A stretch of DNA of 64,000 nt from Antedon mediterranea (lineage: Eukaryota > Animalia > Echinodermata), in NCBI RefSeq assembly GCF_964355755.1, contig NC_092670.1, forward strand, positions 16,416,795 to 16,480,794, in the 5' to 3' direction. The first letter of the stretch is position 1, and each line of letters begins with the position of its first letter. The notes beneath the pieces were generated by a model. The model was given only the letters and a program-made list of their open reading frames with translations, made no database searches and was not told the DNA's origin. The position numbers and the translations under genes were made by a program. Below are positions 14,601 to 29,600 of this stretch, piece by piece.

Positions 14601-17600
14601 CATCCATTAATTGCTGAAAAAGGGTCACATGACAATGATATATTTGCATGCAAGGAATAAAAACAAACCAAACAGTGGTTGAACTATGAATTATATTTTT
14701 GCAGCCATTTGGCAACTGAGAAAACAATGTTGTCAGACACACAGAAAGAATACAGAAGTTTGAATCCATCAAGATTATGGATATATTTAAAATTTAGAAA
14801 GGTGATACTAAGCCTAAGGCTAGAGGGCAGATTGTGTGGCAGTGAATGTGGATCTTCTTTACAAGATGGCCGCATTGGAGTTGACGATCTAGTCTTAGGC
14901 TTTAAGATCTTTGAATATATTACATCTTTCAGATGTGCTAAATTATTTCGATATCCAGGTCTAAGGGAGATGGTTGCATTTGACCAGTCCTGTAGTATCA
15001 TTACAAATACCTCAATGGTCATTCCCTCTTCTGTTACAGTAAACTAAAGCCTAATACTTCATAAACATATACTTTACCTATTTCACATCTGTCACCAGAG
15101 AAGCAACCAGTACATGTGCAGGTAAAGACTGAGCAGCTAACCCCAGATGTTGAGCACACTCCTTGATTTAAGCATGGGTTTGATGCACAGGGATTAGACA
15201 CTAACAACATAAACAAAATAATAATTTTAGTAAAAATGACTACTAATCATTTAAATCTGTACATGAACAATTTATTTTATAGAAAGTAAAACTATATTTG
15301 CTATTAAACTAGCTTTTGGATTTCTCAAAAATGACATGTTTCTATATATCCTCATGTATCAATGCGATAGGGAAGATTTACTTGGATGCAATGCAAGGAT
15401 GTAAGTCCTCCGCAAGTGCTTTGACTAATCGGACGATGGGTTATTCAATACTGTCTTGTGATTGGTCAACTCTTTTGCATTGCACCTACATTGTTGCTTA
15501 AGCAAAAGAAGTGCTGCTGTCCCCCTCTTAAATATTGTTTGAGTAGAAAAAAATAAGTAGAAGTGAAGAGAATTTATAAACAAAACAACTTACATGTTTC
15601 GCAGAAGTCACCAGTGTAACAATCAGAACACTGGCAGCTGTAACTACTACATGTATTCACAGAAGATATACAGGTTGCCCCATTCAAGCAGCCGTTGTTA
15701 TCACAAGGATCCAAAACTATTAAAAGATAACATCATGTCAGTGTGAAAAGGAATTATTGTTATTATAAGGATCCAAAACTATTAAAAGATAACATCATGT
15801 CAGTGTGAAAAGGAATTATTGTTATTATAAGGATTCAAAACTATTAAAAGATAACATCATGTCAGTGGGAAAAGGAATTATTGTTATTATAAGGATCCCA
15901 AAACTATTAAAGATAACATAAAATCTGTGTGAAAAGGATTGCAATTACAAGGATCCAAAACTACTAAAAGATAACATCTTGACAGTGTGAAAAGGAATTA
16001 TGGTAGCTATTAAATGATTAAAACAGAAGCCACACTGTCACTCAAGATACATCTATTTATCTTAGTGAGCCTCAATCAATACTTGTTTTTATTGTAACCT
16101 ATTTTGCTTAATTTGCAACTGCATAAGATGTAGATACATACAAAGCAGACAGAAAATGATAGTCTACACGTATAATGCCACTACTACACTGCCCAATTGT
16201 TCATTTTTCTAATTTCATATTCAACTTACATGTTTCACAACTGGGACCTGTAAAACATTCTGAACATCCGCAAGTATAGCCAGAACATTGTCCAACAACA
16301 ACACACTGACCTCCATTTAAACAAGGGTTACTGGCACAAGGCTGTATACCTAGGAATTAATATAAATTAAATATCAATATTTGCCTTTTAAATCAAAGCA
16401 CAATAAAAAACGAAACAAAAAATGTGAATTATGATGTAATGATGATGGTAATACTGATGATATGATGGTGGTAATGATGATGATGACTGTAATACTGATG
16501 ATATGATGGTTGTAGTGATGACAGTAATGAAGATAATGATGATGGTAATACTGATATGATGATGGTAATACTGATGATGTGATGGTAGTAATGATGACAG
16601 AATGATGATGATGCTGGTAATACTGATGATATGATGGTTGTAATGATGACAAAAATGATAATGATGATGGTAATACTGATGATATGATGGTGGTTATGAT
16701 GGTGGTAATGATGACAGTAATGATGATGACAATGATGATATTTATCATTTTGATGAAAATATAATAGCAAAACACCATCAAAATATAAGTTAGAAGTCAA
16801 AATTAGAAGAAAAACTCACTTATTTCACATGAATCTCCTTCCCAACAAGAAGCACAAGAACAGAAATGGGTGTCACACCCACCTTGGAAACATACACCAC
16901 CATTCTGACATGGGTTATTTAAGCATGATCTTTGCTCTAAGCATTAAGTAAAGAAAAAGAATACCAAAAACATAAAAAAATTATCACCCATAGAAACAGT
17001 AAAAAACAGAGAATATCCCATAAACAAGATAAAATTAACAGAACAGGAATTAAGTCAGTGAAAATGTAATTTAAAATAAATTTTACAAATAATGATTGCT
17101 GATAAATTAAATAAATCTCTTTCCACACCATCAAACAAGAAAAAAAAGTGTGATGTTCCCAAATATGGTAGTAATATGACATCATCATCACATAACGTTT
17201 GATAATGTAGACAGAGCTTAAAACAAATGTTTGTGGGAACACAACAAACTCCTAATGGATAATAGTGAGCCTTATAATGGTAGTCTTCATCATCAGGAAA
17301 ATAAAGAAAACAGGACATGCATTTTACAGGTGAGGAATGGTTCTGGTAAAAACTAATTTTTATTGGTCAATCACTAGGTGTTTAGCAATGACCAACTATT
17401 AACATTTAGTTTTGTCAAGGGAAATTTGAAACTTCAATCTACATTTATCAGATTGCTTTGATTCCATTTCAGACTTTAATCGGGGTATTAAAAATTGATA
17501 AAAGAAAACTTACCAGTTTCACAAAAGGTACCTGTATAGCAACCAGTACAATTACATGTATACGAATCACATGATCCAGGCACTGGGGTACACGCCGCAC

Positions 17601-20600
17601 CATTTGCACAGTTATTATTAAAACATGGGTCAGCCTCTATCAAAATAAAAATAATTGTTTAAAACATACCATCAAGATCTTCTACGTTTATAAAGATCTG
17701 GAGTTACATAAGTTGTCTCCAAACTTATTTTGGCCTCCTTATGTACACTTTTTTTTACTAGTGTAATTTTGTTCTTTCTTTGTAAATGTGTGCGTGCAGA
17801 GAAACCATAAAAACAAACATAACAAAGTTCCTGTTTTGGCGCCACATACCTTGTTCACAGAATTGTCCAGTGTAGCAGGAAGGACATGTGCAGGAGACAT
17901 CTAAGCAAGAGTTACCATTAGACTGACAGGTACCTCCATTTTGGCATGGATTACTGTCGCATCCATTAATTGCTGAAAAAGGGTCACATGACAATGATAT
18001 ATTTGCATGCAAGGAATAAAAACAAACCAAACAGTGGTTGAATTATGAATTATATTTTTGCAGCCATTTGGCAACTGAGAAAACAATGTTGTCAGACACA
18101 CAGAAAGAATACAGAAGTTTGAATCCATCAAGATTATGGATATATTTAAAATAAATAAATGTATATTTATAATTCAATTGGTCTGTAAATGAAAATTGGT
18201 CAATTGTAATTGGAATGGTCTGCAAGCACTAACCTTCATCGCACAATACACCAGACCAGCAACCTGTACATTGACATGAGAAAGCTTGGCAGTTACCAGG
18301 AACTGATTGACATAGTGCACCATTCTGACATCCAGAATTCTGGCAAGGATCCACAGCTAAAAGAAATAACAATATCCACATTACAAACACTGCATTAAAA
18401 TGTGACTCTAGGTTTGACTCTGTGCCGATTATTTTCATAACAAACTTTAAAACACTGCCTGTTAAATAATATTTTAGAAATACTAACCTATCTCACATTG
18501 ATCCCCTTCCCAGCAGCCTTCACAGAGACAGACGAATGCACTGCATGTAGTTCCTTGGGTGAAGCACTGGCCATTGTTCTGACATGGTTGGCTACCGCAT
18601 GGATCAACAGCTGGAAATACAAGTATTCAGTATCAGACAATATTTGTAGAGATAGGCCTACTGTGTAATAAGTACTGGGATTGAGTACCTGAACACATAC
18701 TCCTCTGTAATAAGCCTGTCTTTATTTAAACCAATTTCTCTAATATTGCTTTAAATTATACTATCATTACAGCTAAAATAGTATATAAGAATAGTCTTAT
18801 TATAATCTTAAGATTGCTAAAAACATACCTAGTACTACTATATACTTACATATGGCACATGTGTCACCAGTATAACATGTTGGACAAAGACAGAGAAATT
18901 GTGTACAGTCATTTGCATCAACCGAACATATACCATTCACACATGGATTGACTGCACAGGGATTAATTACTGAAATGAAATAAGAGACTTAATGCGAGTA
19001 CTCTTTCTACATGCCTTATCCTCTCTAGTATTTTTCAACCAGGTACTCATTTAAAGCGGAGTGAGCTGGGAGTTGTTCTTATCAGGAATTGAACCCAGGT
19101 ATTTCTGAATGATAGTCATGTGTCGTAACCACTTAGCTACTGTAACCTTTTATGTATATAAACATAGCAAAACTAAATATAGAATTGTGATTATATTAGA
19201 GTCAACTCTCCCAAAACATTTTACCATATTAAAAACACATTCAGAATACCAGACTTTCCAGAAAATCAGACATATTAGCCAAGGGTGTCCAGTATTGAAA
19301 GAGTTGAATTAAACACTAAAAATAAATCTATTTAAATATTTTGAGGACAAAGTGAGTAACTTACGTGTACGACAGTGTGTTCCTGAGTAGCAGGGTGTAC
19401 ACTGGCATTGGTAAGTAGAGCAAGTTCCAGGCGCTGCACTAGTCATCATCAAACATGTGCCCTCATTATTACATGGGTTACTCATACATGGATCGACAGC
19501 TATTACAAAGAAATTATACAAAGGTCCAAATTATTAAAAAAACATTATTACAGGTAAAGCTCTGTCAACACTATCAAACTAGTGTAGTGATATGCTTAAC
19601 TATGGTAGTGTTATGACATCATCATGTCCATACATGGACACATCACATTTTTGTTGTCGCATAAAGTTTGATAGTGTAGACCGAGCTTTAGTGACACATT
19701 GGTCAACAGCTTAAATGTATTAAAGATGCAAATTAGCAAATAGAAATTACTAGATTTACAATGTAAAAATAGAAATTATTTTTGAGAAATATCAATAATT
19801 TTTCATTTTAAAATGCTTTTCAACTTACCCTGAGAGCAGGTTGATCCTGTCCAGCAATTTGGACATTCACATATGTAACCAGGGCAACCACCAGACACCT
19901 GTGTTGTTACTAAACAGGTTCCACCATTTGAACATGGGTTACTATCACAGGGGCTTATTACTTTAGGAAGAAAACAGCAAATAAAAATAAATGAAAGAAT
20001 TATAATACATTCAGAACATATAAAAGTACATTTTAAAATGTAACATGGTAAACACATACTGATAAACCTTTCTACTGGAAACAGTGGAAATTCAAGAAAG
20101 TCAGTCATAGGGCCAAACCCAATTAAGCACATCAAGAAACAACTTCATACTTTTTGGAATAATATTTTTAACTTAAAAAGATATTAATCATTTTGTGTAA
20201 ATACAAGTCTGCATCTCCAGATATGGTGTAATGGCATCAAGACCACTACACTGTATCTCTTTCTTTATCCTCTCTGATAAATTGGGAAGACTGCAATTTG
20301 AATTCTTACCATCTTGGCACATAATTCCTGTATAACAATCAACACAACTGCAAACATAGGTTGAACAATCACCAGCTTGAATAATGGAGCTGCATACACC
20401 ATTATTAGCGCAGGGGTTGCTGCTGCACGGATCAACAGCTGCAAACCAATAATAAAAACGATTTAATGAAAAATCTGATTTCAGTTGTCTGCTAAAATTC
20501 AATTGCAAACAGTGTACAGTAAGCCTTTGTCTACACTATCAAACTAGTTTGACAAAACAAGTGTGTGCCTAAACATGGTAGCAATATGCTTAAATATGGT

Positions 20601-23600
20601 ATTGATATGACATCATCATGTCCATATGGGCACATCACATTTTTTTTTTACATAAAGTTTGATAGTGTAGACAGAGCTTAAGACAATGGTGGACAGTTAT
20701 AGTAAAATTATTTATAATGAAATTAATAATACTAGTTCGCTCGCGTACCACGATCGTAAAACACCCCTATTTGGGGCAAATCGTTGAACCTAAATCGTTT
20801 TAATTGTCAATAACTAATTATCTAACTAAATTTAATTAGTAAACAGGGTTACATCAGGTGGTTAAAATCAGTACCGAGATTCTAACCAACTTTATATACC
20901 ATTGAGTAAACATTCTAGAAATAACGCGCGATTTACCGAATTTTGCCCTTACGTAAATTTATATATAGATAGATTATCTATAATTTATATAATTGATACC
21001 TTGAAATGTTAACAATTTTTTGGTTCTGAGTGAGACTGTTTTTATAACAGTGATCTGAAAATGGACTACATCCTCCTTCAGTTTTTAGACTATTCAGTAC
21101 ATTTAGGTTAGACAAAGAGGTAACTAATAAGACACTTACGTATAGCACATGTATCACCACTCCAACATCCAATACAATTACATAAATACTCAGTGCATAC
21201 CCCATTCACGACTGGCCGGCACTGACCTCCATTTGCACATGGCGAGTTCTCGCATGGATTTGTCTCTGTATACAAAAAAACAAAATATATTTAGAAAGAA
21301 TTTCATGTCATAATAAAACAATAGTACGCTCCTGAAGAGCAATAATTTCAATAATTATTTCAACAAACTTACGTATTGTACAGAATTCGCCAGTGAAACA
21401 TTCTGTGCATTCACACGTGTAGTCATAGCAACCACCTCCAACAACTTGTCGGCAGACTCCTCCATTTTCACAAAAGTGAAGAGAACATGCATCAATTGCT
21501 AAAAAAATTAAATCATACACATTATAATGTTAAATAGAGTTTCAAATCCGTATATCAGATTTAAATAGATTGGGGAAAAAATGTTTACATTTAATTGTAT
21601 TAAGTTACAATAGTTACCTTGTTCACAAAATTGCCCATTAAAACATCCGTCACAACTACAGGCGAATGTATTGCAAGTAGAGGATCCCTGGAAGCATATT
21701 CCTCCATTTACACATGGATTTGAGTCACACGCATTGGGCACTGTAAAAGAAAACAATAGTTTATATGCATTAATAATACAGGCATACATTAGCAATTAGC
21801 ATACATTAGCATACATTAGCATACATTAGCATGTCGTCTTTACTGACATGAGATAACTTGTTCCTAGGTCATAACAAATCAAAAGTGTGTTTGTCTTGTT
21901 TGCTGTTTGGTTATGGTAATTGTTAATTTTGTTTCATTTATATAAATTATCCAACCTTATATAATGTTATACTGATTGCAATAAGGTACAAAATAAGCAC
22001 ACACACAGATGATTTTGCTTAATTTTAAAATTTCAAACTTCAAATAGTTTCGAATCAAAATTTATTTAAATTGATGTTAATACTATATTAAAACATCATA
22101 ATTTATTTTGTGGTGGATTAACCGGACAGAGAGTACTTACAAATATTGCAGAGTTCACCAGTATAGCATCCACTACATATACAACTGAATCCATTGCACT
22201 CAGTGGGTGATGGCACGCAGACTGCTTCATTTGCACAGGGGTTTGGTTCGCATGGTCTTGCATCTGCAATGAAAAGATTTGTTAAACTTTACTTTACATA
22301 CAATATTTTGATCCTAGCTATTTACTATAGTATGTTTATCTTACATATAAACTTTTATTTTACTTATATAGTATATTAACCTGAAGTAATTACTTTGCTA
22401 AATACAGTGTGTTAATCCTAAGCATGTAGTTTACATATACAGTAACAGTATTATACTTTCAAGTATTTACTTAAATGTTTGAGACTTACATTCTTCACAG
22501 GTTACTCCTTGCCAGCATCCAGCACATTGACACTGGAACTCAGTACATGAACCACCAAGAGAGGAGCATGTGGCACCATTCTTACAAGGAAGACCAGAAC
22601 ATGGATCTTGCACTTTAAAAAAAAAATTAATCAAATAAATCATCACAAAAAATGCTACAATTATTTTTCTTTCAAGTAAAAGAAACCATTCCTCCTTTAA
22701 ACCTATACATCCAACTTGCTTCAACTGTTAATACTGTACTTACATATGTTGCAGTTTGGCCCCTGCCAGCATCCTATACAAGAACATGTGTAGCTTTCAC
22801 ACATAGTAACCGAAGTGACGCATGCTCCTCCATTCAAACAGGGATCATTGGCACAACCTCCAACATCTAAAGTACAAAGAATACAGATATTAATATACCA
22901 TTCAATAGCTATAGTTACTGTTCATTAATTCATTACATTGTCTGTTGATCATCTCTGTTGGTTACTGATCAATAGATTGAAAATTATTATTAAGTTTAAC
23001 ATGTTTCCTTCTGGTTCTGGTTTTATTATTAAGTCGGCCTAAAAATATTCCTAAATTTTGTATTAAAGTTTATTCAAAATACAACCAAATACTCACAGTT
23101 TTCACAGCTAAGTCCTTCATAGCAGGGTGGGCAAGTGCAAATATATGAATTACAAAGGTTGGTACAAGTACCACCTGCCTGGCATGGGTTACTGGTACAA
23201 ACGTCAACAGCTAGAACAAAACAAATTATTGTGTATCAAGAAATACAGTTTGTTTTAAATATTTATTTTTATATGTTTTTGTGTGACTCTGGTTCATTCA
23301 TTTATTTATTAGCCATAAAAATACACAATCTGAGAAGGCAAGGAATAACCAGAGTTTAAAATAAAACTTTAACCCACAGGTCAGTTACTCCGTCCGAGAA
23401 AGAATGAAATTTCAAAAATGAAATGGTTAATAAATAAAATCAATCAATAAATTAAGAACACAGTTTGTATACAAAATTAAAAATCATTTTATAGACTTAC
23501 GTGTTTCACAGGTCGGACCTCCCCAGCATGGCTGACATTCACAAATAAAATTTGGACAATTACTAATACATAATCCGCCATTTTTGCAAGAATCCGCAGT

Positions 23601-26600
23601 ACATACATCAACAACTAAAATTTATGAACAAAGTTTATTATTATAATTACTCTAAAAATTGTAATCAATTATCATTATCATCATTGCAATCAGTATAATC
23701 AGTGATAAAATGATAATAAAATGATGAACATAAATTGAAGCATTAGTTTTCTTATCTCTCAAAACAAGGGAGCATTTCCCCTGCTGTGAATCCTCCTCTG
23801 TTTCTATCATTAGATAGAAACAAAATAATGTTTTCTTACCTTCTTCGCAGTATGTACCCATGCTGCATCCATCACATGTACAAGTGATACTGTTACACAA
23901 GCCATTCTGAGAACAACTTCCAGCATTTCGACAAAGGTTGTTAGATACACAAAGATCAATTCCTTTATAAAAGAAAAAAGCAAAAACAGTAGCAATCAAA
24001 TTTAAAAACTATAATGGAAAGTAGTTGATCATAATCTAAAGCTCTGTCTACACTATCAAACTTTATGTGACAAAAAATGTGATATGCCTATATATGGACA
24101 GTATATCACATCACTACCATATTTGGACACTTTTTTGTCAAACTATTTTGATAGTGTAGACAGAACATAAGTGATGTATACTTTGCTTATTTAAGTCAAG
24201 TTTCTTAAGGAATGGACTCAGTCATCTACAATTCAAAGAAAAATACACACAAATATTTGCTTATTTCTATGCAAAATCATTTGCTTAAAATAAAGTTAAG
24301 ATATTTTTTTGCTAAACATGTTTGATAATTCTAAATTGTCTTACTTTGTTCACAATTGTTGCCAGTATAACAAGGAGGACATGAGCAGGTCTGAGTGGTA
24401 CAAGATGTCTGGATGCATGTACCACCAAACTGACAGGGGCTAGTAAAGCATGGATCTTGCACTGAAAAATAACAAAAATCAATGTATACAATCACTAGTT
24501 AGTAGTAATTTTTATGTTTACACAAACAATTAATTGCTTATTAGGTATGTAAATTCACCATATCACAAATTAAAAAAATACTTACAGATATCGCATACAT
24601 CGCCTGTAAAACAGCCGTCACAGAAGCATTGATACTGTGTACAGTCACCGATTACAGGCTGACAAGCGCCACCATTCTGGCATGGATTGTTGTCACATGG
24701 GTTAATTGCTATAAAAAAACATTTTGTATTTTTATTATGCATTTATATATACTTATGTTATCAATTGTAAATTTGTTATTGTGTAAACATAGCATTCAGT
24801 CTGGCCATGATTTATAATTTGATATGTGGACTTTTATTATTGAAATAAAATTGAAATTATTTATTATTATCTCTGAAAATGGTAAAATTAGCAACTTAGT
24901 GTTGCACACAGGAACTTACGTGTAGTACATGTCTCCCCAGTAAAACAATTTTGGCATTGGCAAGTATATCGTGTGCAAGAATCTGTTAGTTGGTAACAGG
25001 TTCCTCCATTTTGACATGGGTTAGTCTCACATTGATTTGTGCCTGAAAATATAAAAAGTTTGTTAAAACACCGATAAAAAAAGAAAATATTCCAAAAGTT
25101 GAATGTATGCAACATATTTCTCAATAGATACTACATAAAGTTTTTCACACTTGAAGAAAGTGTTTTCTAATATTTTTGTTTGGCTCCATACTGGATTTAA
25201 CTGTTTGGTTACTCATTTTGTATCTCAGTTAAGCCAATTAGCATTTAGATGTATACAACCAGAGTCACTCTTCCCTGATACAATAAAGCTACTTTTGTGT
25301 ATGTAATTCAGTAGAGAGCATATTTGTTTAACTTACGTATATCACAGAGGCCACCTGAATAGCATTCGGGACAAACACAGTTGAAGGCATAACAATCAAC
25401 ACTGCTTCCCACACATGCTCCACCATTAAAACAAGGACTGGTAACACATGGGTTAATTTCTAAAGAAAAAAACATGTCAGCGTTTAAAAACAAATCATTA
25501 ATATAACAAATATTGCTTACAACAGTATCGTTTACATTAAATATTAAATACTATGTTTACAAAATTATTTGACCGATAAATGGTACTGTAGGGTTTCATT
25601 AAATGCTTAATACTTAAGATTAATTAATTAATAAAATAAAAGTAGTTAGTTAGTAACAGAGCTGCTGCTTGGTGGTTGACATGCTTGGGTTCAATCCTGA
25701 CCTAGTGCCAGAGTTTTAATTCTCGTTTTACTCTACTACACTCTACTCAAACTGAGATTTTATAAGCAAAAAAAAAAGATTATCCATTCTGTAATTGGCA
25801 AGTTTCTCGTTATTGGATGGCTTTAAAGTGAGTACGGTACCTGTTTGGCAAACATCTCCAATGTGACAATTAACACATTCACAGCGATATTCTAAACAAG
25901 ATACAGGCACACACAAACCACCATTTGTACAAGGACTTGATGAACAGGGGTCCAATTCTGAAAAAAAAAACAAAACAAAAAAAGATTAATAATGCTTGAC
26001 TTAATGCAGCTATATTGTGTGCTCCCCTGACCTCTGATTACATTGGAGTTGACTCTCTAAGTAACTATATAACCTCTTTGGAAGTTGGGGGATTTCAGAT
26101 GATGGTATAGTACAGCAAGTGGATTGAGTTTCTTTTAAAACATACCCATTTCACAGAACTCTCCCTCGTAGCATTGTGAACAAATACATTGAGTTTCAAC
26201 ACATGAATTCTCCGCTACTTCACAGAATCCATTATTTTGACAAGGATTTGGATCGCACGGATTCAACTCTAAAAAGCAAAAGAAACTTACTTAATAGTAA
26301 AGACGAAAATAAAAAAATGGAAAACTTATAAGGTTTAGTTAAACACCATTATCTGATGTTACCTATTAAATGGTAGTCACACTAATAACAGAATTTTACC
26401 TATAAAAAAGTAAAGTAACAGTAAAAAAGGTGTTTATACATATGATGATAATGATTATGATCCGTTTTGGTTTAAAGTAGCCATGTATAACTTTTGTCAC
26501 CATTATTCGATTTCATTGATTTGACAGTATTCACCTTCATCTTACCCTAAAGCTCTGTCAAACTTTGTGACAAAAAATGTAATATGTCCATACATGGACA

Positions 26601-29600
26601 TGATGAGGTCATATTACTACAACATTTGAGTGCATCATACTTTTTTATCAAACTAATTTGATAGTGTAGACAGAGCTTTCGGATTTGAACAAACAAACAA
26701 AACAATAGTCACTAAGCTACTTACGTATTTGACAGTTTGTTCCTCCAAAGCATGCATGGCATAAGCAGGTGAAGTCTAAGCAGTCGTCAGACACAACACA
26801 CGTTCCTTCATTTATACATGGGTCATTTTCGCAAGGATTAATGGCTTAAAAAGGTAATTCAATTTTATTATGAGCATAAACTCGTAGTGCACCAAAGGCT
26901 CATTATAATAACTTTATTCAAATATTCAACATAATAATAATATACTAAAATCATAAAAATATGGTACTCACGAGTCTCACAGTCTGGTCCACTCCAACAC
27001 GACGTGCACATACATGTGTGGTAGGTACAAAAGTCCTCACAAGTACCACCATTTATACATGAGTTAATTCCACAAGACGATAAACCTAAAAAAAATGTTA
27101 TATACCCAATTGAATCACTGTTGTAAAATTAAAAGATTTGCATTATCAAAGTTTTCAATCAATCATGCATATCAGCACTGAATATGACACTGCAATTAAT
27201 ATAGATAAATTACTGCAGTAATTGCAGTAGAATATACTTACGTATTGAGCAGTCATCTCCGGTGAAGCAAGTGCCGCATATGCAAGAGACTTCTGGGCAA
27301 TTACTTTGACATAATCCACCATTTTTACATGTGTCTGTCGTACAATAATCTATCACTAAAAATAAAACAATAATAATAGTAAAACAATAGGCTATAATGT
27401 TAAAGCATACACAGAAGAACCCCTATTAAAGGGACATCTCATGACCCAGCAAAGTGTCCCTAAATAGGGGTTCTCTGTAGTGTTATTTCTCTGTTTGTTT
27501 TAAGAAGAACGTGTCCCCTTAATAGGGATGTCCTTGTATAAGGTTGTCCCCTGTATGGGGGCTGTCCCAAAGAGGAGGTTTTACTGTATGAGGGTAACTT
27601 ACACTGGTCACAATATCGTCCTGTAAAGCATTCTGTACAGAGACAAGAAGTAAGAACACAGCTCGGATCTTGCACACACTGTCCACCATTTTGACACAAA
27701 TTCTGTGTCGCACACAAGTCAGTTGCTACAAAATAAAAAATAACAATATTATCCATTAATGTTTATAAATAAAGATTTTGGTTACATATTTTTAAATTTC
27801 TAAACACAGTGAGCATAATATTTTCAAGAAGGCTACAGTATGGACTTTCTCCATTTTCTTCTCTTTTTGTGTTCTCCATAAATATCAATTTTTTTAAATT
27901 TTTCAATTTTACCTACCAATTCTCTAAACCCTGGTGAGATAAAATATAATTAGCAATGTAAAGAAGAATAGAGTACAGTCCTTAGATTTTACAATTTATA
28001 TGGTGATGCGTTATTCTACTTACGAGTTTCACATTGAGCACCCTCATAACATGCTGGACATGAACAGGTGTATTGAGTACATCCATCTGGGCTACAAACT
28101 CCACCGTTAAAACATTGGCTTGGATTGCATGGATCAAGCACTAAAAATAAATTGCAATTACTGTATTATCTTTTTGGTGTTCTTAATAAAAAAATTAATT
28201 GAAGGTAAATAAGATTATGTTATTGTAGTAAACTTAGTTCAGAATTAAATTAGCTACAGTAGAGGATATGTTCAGTAAATAATAAAGTATCTCTATAGAT
28301 TTGCACTGAATAGGAATTGACCAAAGTGTTAAAACATATCTATCTCCAATTGTTTGTTTCTGAATTGGGGTGCTACAAAGGAGGGGTTCTATTTACTGTA
28401 CTTACATATGTCACATGTTGGTCCTACGTAACATCCAGTACATGTACAAGTATACTCAGTGCAGGAGTTGTCTGCTGCGTGACAAAATGCTCCATTTTGA
28501 CAAGGTGTGTTATCACAAGGATCTATCACTGAAATGAAAAAAATGATACAAATTCATAGTGGAGTACCGAGAGTAAAGTTATTTAAAGAAAAGATGAGGA
28601 CCCTACCCTAAAGCTCTGTCTACACTATCAAACTGTATGTGACAAAAAGTGTGATAGTGTAGACAGAGCTTAAGGAAGGAAGGGTCAATTATCAAGTATG
28701 CTATCATAACATTGAATTCCTTTAATGTAATAATAATATTGATTTTTTCACACTTACAATTGGCACAGTTATAGCCTTCAAAGCAACCAGTGCAAGTACA
28801 GTTGTAGCTTTCACACGTATCCAAGCCAACACAAGCACCTCCGTTCATGCATGGAAAAGTCTCACACGGATCAATTCCTTAAGAAACAGAAAAAAAGTAA
28901 GAAAAAATGTAAGATTATTTTTCCTTAACTTCTAATATATAAGCCTATTCTAACAAAGTACCAACGTTATATGTTTGTAACATAAAATTTATTTTTAATG
29001 ATTCAAAATTGTTGTTATGAGATATGGGAAAGACAAACTAGAGAATCTTACTGTTCTGGCAAAAAAATCCTTCATAGCAAGCGGGACAAGAACATGTGAA
29101 GCTATCACATGTTTGTGGTACACGTTGACAGGTACCGCCATTTTGACATAATTGAAACAAGCAAGGTGTAGTGTCTGAGAAAGAAAAAATAAGTAGGTAG
29201 GTTATAGTTGGTTGAAGTCGCCTCATTGAATCATAACAAATATCAGGTATAGCCTGTTTTCCAATTTAGTTGTGTGAATCCAATGTTTTAACACAGAAAC
29301 AAACTGTGCTACGCTTTCCACTAAAACAGAAAATAGCTGCTGAGCTCTGATCTGTTGCGAAATTGTTTGCTTTGAATGAATTCAAAGAACCAGAATTTGT
29401 TGCAAAACAGGATTTAGAAGATGAAAACAATGCGTATAAGCTGATGCCCTTCGATCGTGTGAACAAATTCTCTTAATGGAAAACAGGCTTAAGCCACAAA
29501 TGGTAGGCATGCATGCATATTCATTGGGTTAGAGATTGAATAAAATACTTACAGATTTCACATTGGTCGCCACTGTAACACTCAGGGCATGTACACTGAA

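Larger units (their letters stand above)
11463..18152. repeat. Recent tandem segmental duplication, ~3.36-kb period (copies 11463-14793 and 14822-18152), six EGF exons each
   Basis: Exons and introns are near-identical at offset ~3359 (paired ORFs 11675/15034, 11957/15316, 14399/17758), with a 28-bp unique junction. Confidence 0.95.
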
